Origin: a bacterium
GTDB taxonomy: Bacteria; UBA8248
Length of the DNA stretch: 64,000 bases
Assembly: GCA_965219955.1 (NCBI GenBank)
Contig: OZ244799.1
Coordinates: forward strand, 2,432,001 to 2,496,000
Direction: 5' to 3'
The first letter of the stretch is position 1; each line of letters begins with the position of its first letter. Shown here one piece after another: positions 49,884 through 58,747 of the stretch. Position numbers and translations under genes: made by a program. Below the pieces are notes generated by a model. The model did no database searches. It was not told the DNA's origin and worked only from the letters and a program-made list of their open reading frames with translations.

Positions 49884-51790
49884 CAGCCCGTCTCCGCCTC
49901 ATCGTTTCGCCACAATCCGGAATCGGGGGATGAGAAAATATCCACCCATTCCGCACGCCAGTTCCTGCTGCTCCTGTAGTAGCGATGCGTAAACTCGGCG
50001 ACGGCTTTCCGCGTTTGGCCGTCCTCCCACCATGAATCGACGTCGGGCCAGATGGCGTTCAGGTGTCTCGCCGCGCTCTCGCCGGATGAATGATGAACGC
50101 TCACGCTTGAGAGTTTATTGAAGTAGGGCTTCGAATAATGTGAAATCCGCCAGGCGTTTTGATGGCCAAAGAAGAGGGTCGGGATGCCCGCCGCCATCGT
50201 GAAGGCTGCGGTCGTCGCCGGGCGATCGAGAACACAAACGCCGCATTCTGCCAAGGCGGCCGAGAGGCGACTCGGCATGTATCGCGCCAGTTTCCCGCGA
50301 AGGATTCTTACGTCAGGATATCGCCTTTCGATGTATTCCTGATCATAAAGATTGTTTCTCCTGCGCATATACGGCCTGTACCACAAGGAGGAGCGGGGTG
50401 TGCCATCCAAGTTTTCGATGAAACTCGTCTTATCCCGCATGTAGTGCGCGATGTCTTCGGGAATGCAGTCCGCCGCCAACCATTTGAGATAGGGCGTGAG
50501 TTCGGAACTGACCAGAATGATGGATGAACCCCGCTTCTTGCTCCGCCTCATTTTTGAAAGAAAAGGAGAGGATGCCGGCGTGGCGCTTACCCGATAGCCA
50601 GATTGGCGCTTCCATCCCCACGATATGAACCGATCGGCCGTCTCATACTCCGCAAGGTGATGCCAGGGTGCCGATTCGACGATGCCGTAGTTTCCTCCGT
50701 GTTGATTGATGACCAGTCTGACGGGGCGTTTTTCGAGGAGAGCAGCCACATAAAAATTCGACTGATCGTCGTTGCCCAGATGTCCATAAGCGACGGTGTC
50801 CGTCCAGGGCGCCGTCGCCTTCACCTTGAGCAGGGCCTTTTTCTCGTTCGCCGGATAATGATCCGTGAATAACTTCGGCATCGTCTCAGAAACGAGTTCA
50901 TCCAAGACTTTGAGAAAAATCCCGGCCTCGCAAGCGGTAATGTTCCTGACCGATTGGAGTTCTCCAACCACGTCTTCCCTGGTGTGGTGTACAGTTCCCG
51001 CTTCAGGCGTCTTCCGGAACGATCTCGCAGCCTCCTTCCACCGTTTTCTGTTTCGAAACCACATGCGCATGGAAATATAGACGGCATCCAGTGGGCTAAA
51101 GCCATGAACCTTATGAAACTGTACGCATCCCAAGTTTGAGGAGAGGATGCTCGCCCAGCGATACACCTCCATTTTTCTTTCCACTTTTTTGAAAACGTCA
51201 TGGTTTTCCGCTGGTTGCTTACCCGGGGGGTGGTTTGAGGAGAAATACAAATCTTCCGGGGCCGGCGCATCCTCTCGGAGTACCCAGCCCCGGGGCTGGA
51301 ATATGCGGATAAACCTGCTGAAGATCAGCCGGTTCAGTGGATCATCGATCATCATCTGGTTGAAATGAGGCGTCGTGATGGATGAGAGTGTCTCTTCGCT
51401 CGGTGCGAGATAAACCAGATACGGAACGCCGCTCCTGACCCGATTCCTTACGCGCAAAAACCGCTCGAATGCGCACATGACCAGATTGACGAGCCAGGGC
51501 ATCAGCAAGATACGCCAGTAGCGATTCGAATAAGAACACCCGTGGTATTCGTTTAGCCTCGAGGCCAATCGAAAAATATAAAATTCACAAACCTTCTCCA
51601 GTCTCCTGGAGGCGAAGTGGACTTCCTCGCTTCGGAGTGGGGGTTCGATTCCGCATTTACCCCACTTCCACCTGAAAAACTGGGATTCGGGGAGTGACCA
51701 GGGACCCAGATGCTCGGCCTTTCGTTCATCCGGGACGGGATCGATTTTCGTCAGTATAAGTTGTTTCATGCGTCGGGCACTTTTTCCCAC
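49883..51790 (-). CDS. LIC12162-family putative transferase (start may be 51769)
   Basis: LNEYHG, YWRILLMPWL, QHGGNYG, FISWGW, VDSWW. Confidence 0.75.
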   Translation of the reverse strand: MGKSARRMKQLILTKIDPVPDERKAEHLGPWSLPESQFFRWKWGKCGIEPPLRSEEVHFASRRLEKVCEFYIFRLASRLNEYHGCSYSNRYWRILLMPWLVNLVMCAFERFLRVRNRVRSGVPYLVYLAPSEETLSSITTPHFNQMMIDDPLNRLIFSRFIRIFQPRGWVLREDAPAPEDLYFSSNHPPGKQPAENHDVFKKVERKMEVYRWASILSSNLGCVQFHKVHGFSPLDAVYISMRMWFRNRKRWKEAARSFRKTPEAGTVHHTREDVVGELQSVRNITACEAGIFLKVLDELVSETMPKLFTDHYPANEKKALLKVKATAPWTDTVAYGHLGNDDQSNFYVAALLEKRPVRLVINQHGGNYGIVESAPWHHLAEYETADRFISWGWKRQSGYRVSATPASSPFLSKMRRSKKRGSSIILVSSELTPYLKWLAADCIPEDIAHYMRDKTSFIENLDGTPRSSLWYRPYMRRRNNLYDQEYIERRYPDVRILRGKLARYMPSRLSAALAECGVCVLDRPATTAAFTMAAGIPTLFFGHQNAWRISHYSKPYFNKLSSVSVHHSSGESAARHLNAIWPDVDSWWEDGQTRKAVAEFTHRYYRSSRNWRAEWVDIFSSPDSGLWRNDEAETG

Positions 51791-51914
51791 ACCTCATCGC
51801 ATACGCATGAGGCGTGACCGGAGTAACGGCGCTGATGGCCGTCCCCCCAAGGCGCGCGTTGTTACACCCTCGCGCCGCCCGACTTGACGGGAAAGAAATC
51901 TCGATATTCAGGCT

Positions 51915-51992
51915 TGGCGTCCCCAAGGGGATTCGAACCCCTGTTGCCGGCGTGAAAGGCCGGTGTCCTGGGCCAGGCTAGACGATGGGGAC
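51915..51992 (-). tRNA. tRNA-Glu(UUC)
   Basis: acceptor stem GTCCCCA/TGGGGAC, anticodon arm CCGGC-CTTTCAC-GCCGG, GGTTCGAATCC T-arm, encoded CCA. Confidence 0.97.
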
Positions 51993-52088
51993 AAGCAAAA
52001 TCCTTGATGGCTGACAGGAAGATCCCGAACCATCAAGCGGAGGATTTATACTGGTTTTCGCGCCGGAAGTCCATCCTGTTCCACTGTT

Positions 52089-53003
52089 TCAAACGCGCAA
52101 GACGACGAGTATCACCCCGCTCACGGTGAGGACCGCTCCCGCGGGCACGCGCCATGTGATGAATTCTGCTTTCCTTAGAAAGATCACGCTGAATAGCACG
52201 GTGAACAAAGGGCTGATCTGCACGAGCGGCACAACCCTGAAAACCTCGCTCAACTGCAAAGAGGAAGTGAAGAGAAAAATTCCCATTCCCGCCGCGACCC
52301 CACCCAGCAGATACGGCCAGAACGCTTGTTTCACGTCACCTGCCTCCTCTTCGCGCAAGGCGTAACAGGTGTATGCGCCCACCAGGACGAGAGCGGCGGA
52401 GGCGCCAACCATCGAGGCGGGAAGGGCGCTCGGGAAAGCAGCCAGGCCTTTTTTCCAGGACATGGCTCCAAACCCCGATATGACCGCCGCAATCAGGGGC
52501 CACCGGGCGTCCCAGCGGCTCCAGCGTCCTCCCGTCTTTCCCGATACGAGCAACACGATGCCGCCCACCACGAACATAACACCCATCAGATGATACCAGG
52601 CCGGGTCCTCACCCAGAAAAATGAGCGCGAAAAGAGCAGCGAATATGGGGGACATCCCCTTTATCGGCGCCGCGCGCGCCACGCCGATCCGGTGGATGCC
52701 GATCAGGAAAAAGATAAGGAAAAGTCCCGGGTTGCACAGGCCGCCTATCATCACCCACAGATAGTGCGCGCCCATTTCCGGGAACGCGGGACCCAGGAGG
52801 AAAACCAACGGAACGAAGAAGAGCAACTCCCCCACCAGCGTGATGGTGGCGCCCACGAAATGGTTGGCGAATTGCAAACCCTTGCGCGCGAAGATATCCG
52901 CACAGGTGAAAGACAGCGCCGCGCTCAGGGCGAGCAGAACAAACGGCTCGATCAGCAAGGCGGAATTCTCTGAGCTACGAGCGAAGACCTCAAAGATATA
53001 CAC
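52089..53003 (-). CDS. DMT/EamA family transporter (start uncertain)
   Basis: two 5-TM repeats, SPIF...FLGE and SPLF...FLR. Confidence 0.88.
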   Translation of the reverse strand: MYIFEVFARSSENSALLIEPFVLLALSAALSFTCADIFARKGLQFANHFVGATITLVGELLFFVPLVFLLGPAFPEMGAHYLWVMIGGLCNPGLFLIFFLIGIHRIGVARAAPIKGMSPIFAALFALIFLGEDPAWYHLMGVMFVVGGIVLLVSGKTGGRWSRWDARWPLIAAVISGFGAMSWKKGLAAFPSALPASMVGASAALVLVGAYTCYALREEEAGDVKQAFWPYLLGGVAAGMGIFLFTSSLQLSEVFRVVPLVQISPLFTVLFSVIFLRKAEFITWRVPAGAVLTVSGVILVVLRV

Positions 53004-53024
53004 CTCCGGAGCAATCCGGAAAAT

Positions 53025-54251
53025 CTAGGTGAGATATTTCTCGGAATTTCCCAGGAACTCGACCACAGCCTGCGCGAAGACGCTCACGCCGACCGGCAGT
53101 GCGTCCTCATCCAGGTCGAACAGATCGGAATGGAGTCCGTGCACAAAACCTTTTCCGGGGTTCGATATACCCACGCGGAACATCGCGGCGGGCCGTTTCT
53201 CCGCCATGTAGGAGAAATCCTCGGCTCCCATTGAAAGCGGCATCTCCTCCACTTTCTCTGCGCCGAGAACCTGAGCCCCCGCACTTTCAACGAGTGCGGT
53301 GGCCGCCTCGTGGTTCACCAGAGCAGGATATCCAGGCGTGATTTCCAGGTCGATTTCCACGTCGAAGGCTTCTGCCACTCCGCGCGCCACTGCCCGCACG
53401 CGGTCGGCCACCTTCTCTCTGACCTTCGGATCGTGCGTGCGGATAGTGCCTTTTATTCTCGCATCGCGCGGCACGATGTTGAAAGCAACGCCGGACTCGA
53501 ATGTCGTGATGGAGAGAACGGCGGACTCGAAAGGACCAACATTTCTGCTCACGATGCCTTGAAGCGAAGTCACCAGATGGCAGGCGGCCAGCAGGGCGTC
53601 TTTGGATTTATGAGGATACGCCGCGTGTGAACTTTCGCCTCTCACGTAAATCTGGAGTCTGTCCCCCGCCGCCAGCGAAGGCCCCGAGCGCGTGCCGATA
53701 TAACCTGCCGGCATGTCGGGCCATACGTGCGCCGCGATGAGGAGATCCACACGCGGTTCCTCCAGAACGCCTTCTTCCACCATTCGCTTGCCGCCGGCCT
53801 TGCCCTCTTCCGCCGGCTGGAAGATGAATTTGACGTTGCCGCCCAGTCCATCGAGCAAGTTATTATTCTCGGAAAGCAGGCGCGCCGCGCCCAGCAGCAT
53901 ACTCACGTGAGCGTCATGGCCGCAGGCGTGCATCTTCCCCGCACGGCGGCTCTTGTAGGGCACGTCGTTGGACTCGTCGATGGATAGCGCATCCATATCG
54001 GCGCGAATACCGATGGTGGGGCCGGGGCGCCCGGTCTCGAGTAGGCCGACAACTCCTGTTTCCGCGATACCGGCATGCGCCTCGAGCCCGAATCTCTCGA
54101 GGTTCTCCACGATGAGGCGGGAGGTTTCATGCTCCTCGTAACCGAGTTCAGGATTCATGTGAATGGTGCGCCTGGTCTCGGAAAGCCATGGCAGCAGCGC
54201 CAAAGAGGCGTCTCTGATCGATTGCGAACTGTCACTGGAATTCATGGACAC
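53025..54251 (-). CDS. M20 family amidohydrolase
   Basis: HMNPELG, RADMDAL, HACGHD, QPAEEG, GAEDF. Confidence 0.95.
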   Translation of the reverse strand: MSMNSSDSSQSIRDASLALLPWLSETRRTIHMNPELGYEEHETSRLIVENLERFGLEAHAGIAETGVVGLLETGRPGPTIGIRADMDALSIDESNDVPYKSRRAGKMHACGHDAHVSMLLGAARLLSENNNLLDGLGGNVKFIFQPAEEGKAGGKRMVEEGVLEEPRVDLLIAAHVWPDMPAGYIGTRSGPSLAAGDRLQIYVRGESSHAAYPHKSKDALLAACHLVTSLQGIVSRNVGPFESAVLSITTFESGVAFNIVPRDARIKGTIRTHDPKVREKVADRVRAVARGVAEAFDVEIDLEITPGYPALVNHEAATALVESAGAQVLGAEKVEEMPLSMGAEDFSYMAEKRPAAMFRVGISNPGKGFVHGLHSDLFDLDEDALPVGVSVFAQAVVEFLGNSEKYLT

Positions 54252-54501
54252 TATTCCTCATCCCGCCCAGTCGTCTTAAACGAATCCTCAGGGAAAAGCT
54301 TTGAAGGTATAGAAAATGTGTTCAATGAAGGGTAGATATCACAAACAAGAGCGATAAACCAATCCATCGCCCGAACCTGCGCTTATGGGCTTGGGCGGCT
54401 ATTCCGTTCAGGCATGAATGCTTTGTTCCGCCGCGGGTTTGATAAGGGAGTAACACCACAAATCAAAAAACGCACACGAATCTATCACCCACATCAGGCA
54501 A

Positions 54502-56178
54502 TCAAAAATCATCCGCGGAGAATTCTGGCCGCTCACACAATATCGCCTTGATGTCCTCTCGCTTGTGTTTGCGCGTGGTGGTCCTGGGCAACTCCTCCTC
54601 GGGCCAGAGGAAAAACCCGGCCACCCTCTTGTAATCCGCAAGGTGTGCGCTGAAACGCTTGAGTTCGGAATCGGCCAAAGCAGCTCGCTTCTCGTCTTCT
54701 TGCGGCAGGTCGGCTTCGGGGTCGAGCACTACGACGGCGAAAACCTCCTCGCCACCTCGGGATGTTTTGCGCCCGATGACGCATACGTCCTGAAACCATT
54801 CGCTCTCGAGAAGCTGCTCTTCCACCTCTTCGGGATAGATGTTTTTCCCCGCTTCGGAGACGATGACGTTCTTGGATCGGCCGCATATCGTGAGGTAGCC
54901 GTCCGCATCCAGGCGACCGATGTCTCCCGTATGAAACCACCCATCCCGCAAGACCTCCGCCGTCAGTTCCGGGTTTTCGAAGTAGCCCTGCATCACGTTC
55001 GGCCCGCGTATGAGGATCTCCCCTTCTCCCTCATCCGCACCCTCCACGGGTACGATCCGCGCCTCTACCCCCGGAATCGGCGGGCCGACGGTTCCGATTC
55101 TGTTCGGTGCACCCGGCGGAGTCGCATGGGCGACTGGAGAGGTTTCCGTCAAGCCATACCCCTGGAGTACCTCGATCCCAAAAATGAGCAAATCGCGTGC
55201 GATCTTGGGATCGAGCGCGGCTCCTCCACTCGCGAAATAGCGCAGATTCGGGCCGAGATTTTTCTTCACCTTGGAAAACAACAATCCCCCGACGCGAAGA
55301 CCCATGGAGAGACAAATACCGGAAATCCCGAAAAGCATCTTGAAGATGAGTTTCTTCGCACCGCTCAGCGATTCCACGTTTGACATGATTCGCTTGTGGA
55401 TGAGCCGCGCCAGCGCAGGCACCATCAGGCAGATGGTGATGCCCTCGTTTTGCATGGCCTCCACGAGAAGGCGAGGATTCAACGATGAGAGGTAATGCAC
55501 ACGGGCGCCGGCCGCCAGCGGAATCAGGAAACCGCCCGTGCTCTCGAACATATGATGAAGCGGCAGAATCGAGAGAAAAACGTCGTCTTGCCCGACAAGA
55601 AATGGTTCGAGGGCGGCGCGCACGTTGGAAGTGATGTTCCCGTGAGAGAGCATCACGCCCTTGGGCGTTCCAGTCGTTCCCGATGAAAACGACACCAGCG
55701 CAAGATCGTCCGGGCCACGTTCCGCGCCCGGTAGCGCATCGAGCGAAACGCCAGCTTCAGGCTCTCTCTCCTCATCGATTCGCAACACCGCGCAATTCGA
55801 TGCGAGGCCATCCACCAGAACACTGGCTCGTTCTTGTTCGCTCGCGTCCGTAACCAGGCATACGGGCCTGGCTTTCTCCAGGATGTTCGCGAGCTCTCCT
55901 TCTTTCAAATTCACATCCAGGGGCACGAGAACGCCGCCGGCAAGTAGCGCCCCGTAATACCCCACCCCCCATTCGGGTTGATTCGGCGCCAGCAGAGCGA
56001 CGAAATCGCCCGGCAACACGCCCGCATCGATCAACTCGCGCGCCAGAGCGGCTGCTTTTCCGCACAACTGCCTTCTCGTGAGTGTCACCCGGCCGCGTCC
56101 TTCCACATCGCCTTCCAGAGCGACCGAGTCGGGAAATTTCGTAGTTGTCTCTTTCAGGAGATCAATCAGCGTATCCAT
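54502..56178 (-). CDS. long-chain acyl-CoA synthetase-like AMP-binding enzyme
   Basis: SSGTTGTPKG, GYGLTET, FHTGD, GKNIYPEE. Confidence 0.92.
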   Translation of the reverse strand: MDTLIDLLKETTTKFPDSVALEGDVEGRGRVTLTRRQLCGKAAALARELIDAGVLPGDFVALLAPNQPEWGVGYYGALLAGGVLVPLDVNLKEGELANILEKARPVCLVTDASEQERASVLVDGLASNCAVLRIDEEREPEAGVSLDALPGAERGPDDLALVSFSSGTTGTPKGVMLSHGNITSNVRAALEPFLVGQDDVFLSILPLHHMFESTGGFLIPLAAGARVHYLSSLNPRLLVEAMQNEGITICLMVPALARLIHKRIMSNVESLSGAKKLIFKMLFGISGICLSMGLRVGGLLFSKVKKNLGPNLRYFASGGAALDPKIARDLLIFGIEVLQGYGLTETSPVAHATPPGAPNRIGTVGPPIPGVEARIVPVEGADEGEGEILIRGPNVMQGYFENPELTAEVLRDGWFHTGDIGRLDADGYLTICGRSKNVIVSEAGKNIYPEEVEEQLLESEWFQDVCVIGRKTSRGGEEVFAVVVLDPEADLPQEDEKRAALADSELKRFSAHLADYKRVAGFFLWPEEELPRTTTRKHKREDIKAILCERPEFSADDF

Positions 56179-56262
56179 ACCTGTTCCTCCTGCTTCGGCC
56201 CGGCCGAAAGCTCCGCGGGCAGAGCGGGGTTTACCATCACTCGACTCCAGCTAACGTCCCGG

Positions 56263-57054
56263 CTAAATCAATCGTTTCCTGACCTGCCATGCGGCGAATT
56301 CTCCTGCGAAAACCAGGGCGATAATGGCCAGCACCAGCACGCCTGATTTTTGCCACTGAAACTGCTTCACATACAAGAACACGTAAAACCCCAGCCCCCC
56401 CGCGCCGACGAGACCCAGAATCGTGGAATCGCGAAGGTTCATCTCGAAACGTATGGCCAGATGCGCGACCATCTGCGGCAAAACCTGGGGAATGAGGCCG
56501 TGTTGAATGATCTGAAGGGAAGATGCGCCCGTGCCCTGCAACGCAAGCAGGGGTTTCGGGTCGGTCGCCTCGATCTCCTCCGCCACGAACCGGCCAAGCA
56601 CTCCGACGGAGTGCACCGCCAGCGCCAACACGCCGGGAAAAGGGCCGAGCCCCACAGCGGAGACGAACAACAATGCGAGGAGCAGCAAGGGGATGGATCG
56701 GACGAACGCCATGAACGCCTTGATGGGCAGATGCACCCAGACAGGCGTCCAGTTCGATGCGGCGAGCACGCCCAAAGGATAGGCGAACAACGCGCCCAGA
56801 AAAGTACCCGCAATGGTGGTTTGCAGCGTTTCGACAGCCGAGGTCAGCAGAACGTCCCAGACCGACCAATCCGGCGGCGTCATCCGGCCAAAGAAGTGAA
56901 AGAGTTGGGGAATCCCGCGCCAGAATTGCCCGGGTGAAAACTCAGAACCCTGAAAAGACCAGAATAAGAGTGCGCTAACCGCCAGGAAGAGGCTGGCCTT
57001 GCCAGCCATACGGCCAGGTGAAAGCGCTTCTGCTTGCTCTCGTTCCGTTGCCAT
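56263..57054 (-). CDS. phnE: PhnE-like ABC permease
   Basis: VGLGPFPG, RFEMNLR, LGLVGAGGLG. Confidence 0.85.
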   Translation of the reverse strand: MATEREQAEALSPGRMAGKASLFLAVSALLFWSFQGSEFSPGQFWRGIPQLFHFFGRMTPPDWSVWDVLLTSAVETLQTTIAGTFLGALFAYPLGVLAASNWTPVWVHLPIKAFMAFVRSIPLLLLALLFVSAVGLGPFPGVLALAVHSVGVLGRFVAEEIEATDPKPLLALQGTGASSLQIIQHGLIPQVLPQMVAHLAIRFEMNLRDSTILGLVGAGGLGFYVFLYVKQFQWQKSGVLVLAIIALVFAGEFAAWQVRKRLI

Positions 57055-57820
57055 TCACGACTCCGTTCGTTCCCATGAACTCGTAGATTTCACATATCCT
57101 ATCATTCGAGAGGGAATCCGAAGAACCATCCCACATGATTTTTCCGTTTTTCATCGCGAGGATTCTATCCGCATACTTCCGCGCAAGCTCGGGAAGGTGA
57201 AGACTCATGATGAGCGTGAGTTCATAGGCGTCGCATACCGACACGAGAAGATCCATGATGTCCTCGGCCAATGCCGGGTCCAGGCTCGAAACGGGCTCGT
57301 CGGCCAGCAGAATCGTCGGCTCCTGCGCCAACGCCCGGGCAATGGCCACGCGCTGCTGCTCCCCGCCGGAGAGTGTGCGGGCGAAACGGCGTTGCTTGTC
57401 CTCTAGGTGCACCTCGTGAATGGCCTGTGCGCAGATTTGCAAATCTCGCTCCGAGCAGATTCCCAACGCGCTTTTGAGCAATGACACGTAACCGAGCCTT
57501 CCGTGATAGACGTTTTGCCAGACGGTTTCCCGGCCTATCAGATCGAAATGCTGATGAATCATGCCGATATGGCGATGGTGGGTTTTCATCTTTTGCGTAT
57601 CCTTGATGGGGAAAACATCTCCCATCACGACCACCTTGCCCTCTTGGCAAGGCACATAGCCTTTCAGCATTCTCATGAGAGTCGTCTTGCCGGAACCGCT
57701 GTTGCCGATGATGGCCACCCTCTCTCCACGAGAGACCTCGAGATGATCAAGGGAAAGAATCGCCCGCCCGCCCATCTCAACGCGTGCATCTTCGATTTGG
57801 ATGACCACCTCTTTCGGCAT
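56975..57820 (-). CDS. phnC: PhnC-like ABC ATPase
   Basis: [43 protein letters not shown]. Confidence 0.85.
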   Translation of the reverse strand: MPKEVVIQIEDARVEMGGRAILSLDHLEVSRGERVAIIGNSGSGKTTLMRMLKGYVPCQEGKVVVMGDVFPIKDTQKMKTHHRHIGMIHQHFDLIGRETVWQNVYHGRLGYVSLLKSALGICSERDLQICAQAIHEVHLEDKQRRFARTLSGGEQQRVAIARALAQEPTILLADEPVSSLDPALAEDIMDLLVSVCDAYELTLIMSLHLPELARKYADRILAMKNGKIMWDGSSDSLSNDRICEIYEFMGTNGVVNGNGTRASRSAFTWPYGWQGQPLPGG

Positions 57821-57823
57821 TTT

Positions 57824-58747
57824 CTACTCCTTTAGAAAACCATACTTGCGAGCCATGTCGGCAACCGATTTATAACGGCTGTGTCCGACTCTGACGTAAC
57901 CATCCGTTCCGTAAAGAGCCCGCAGCAAACCGCGATTCCGGGGCTGGTTCATCTTCATCATCGCCGCGATGAATTTTTGCCTGATTTCAGGGGCCAGCCC
58001 TTTGCGCACCACTACGTTGTGGCTGGGAATTCTGGCCGACTGCGCAATGGCGACGACTTGATCGCGCTGCTCGGGTCGGAGGAGATTGAGGGCGTATTGG
58101 CTGACGCCGGCGGCGTCGACGAAGCCGCCGACCATCGAGTTGATCGCCTGCTGATCCCCGCCTGCGAAATAAACTCTTCGGAAAAATTCGCCTTCGGGCT
58201 TTTCCAGTCCCCCTTTCACCAGTCCAGCGCGAACGAAAATGTCGTGGGGGTACATGAACCCCGAACTCGAAATCGGGTCGACATAAGCAATGGTCTTCCC
58301 CTTGAGATCGGACAGTCTCTTGATGCCGCTTCCCTTGCGGACGAATATCCTGGAATAGTAGTAGGGTTTTCCGTCGTATATCTCCCCGAGAACCGCCTCG
58401 ACTCCCGAATACTTGTTCGCCAGCACATAGGGCAGCGGAGACATGAAGCTAACGTCCGCCTTTTTCGAGATCATGGCCTCCACGGCGGCTGAATAATTCA
58501 ATGTGATGAAATAGCGAACCTTGCGCCCCATCTCTTTTTCCAGGAAATTCATCGCCGGCTTCACATTGCTGATGAGTTTCTCGGGATTTTCCAACGGAAT
58601 GAACGCGACCCGAAGCTCCTTACCGCCCGCGTGAACGGGAACCGGAGCGAACAAGAACATGGAGAAAACGAGGAGAGACGCCACTGGTAGAAACAACCCC
58701 GGCGCTTTCGGCGATAATACCCGGATGAAACGCATGACTCTGCTCAT
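57824..58747 (-). CDS. PhnD/PtxB-like substrate-binding protein with an atypical pocket
   Basis: signal peptide, NYSAAVEAM, YYSRIF, DPISSSGFMYP; GGDQQA and IPSH where GGH/IPxD are expected. Confidence 0.85.
   Translation of the reverse strand: MSRVMRFIRVLSPKAPGLFLPVASLLVFSMFLFAPVPVHAGGKELRVAFIPLENPEKLISNVKPAMNFLEKEMGRKVRYFITLNYSAAVEAMISKKADVSFMSPLPYVLANKYSGVEAVLGEIYDGKPYYYSRIFVRKGSGIKRLSDLKGKTIAYVDPISSSGFMYPHDIFVRAGLVKGGLEKPEGEFFRRVYFAGGDQQAINSMVGGFVDAAGVSQYALNLLRPEQRDQVVAIAQSARIPSHNVVVRKGLAPEIRQKFIAAMMKMNQPRNRGLLRALYGTDGYVRVGHSRYKSVADMARKYGFLKE

Noticed and set aside
51915-51940. attL/attR pair for an island integrated at tRNA-Glu
   Set aside because: No duplicate of the tRNA 3' end and no integrase found in the window by eye.
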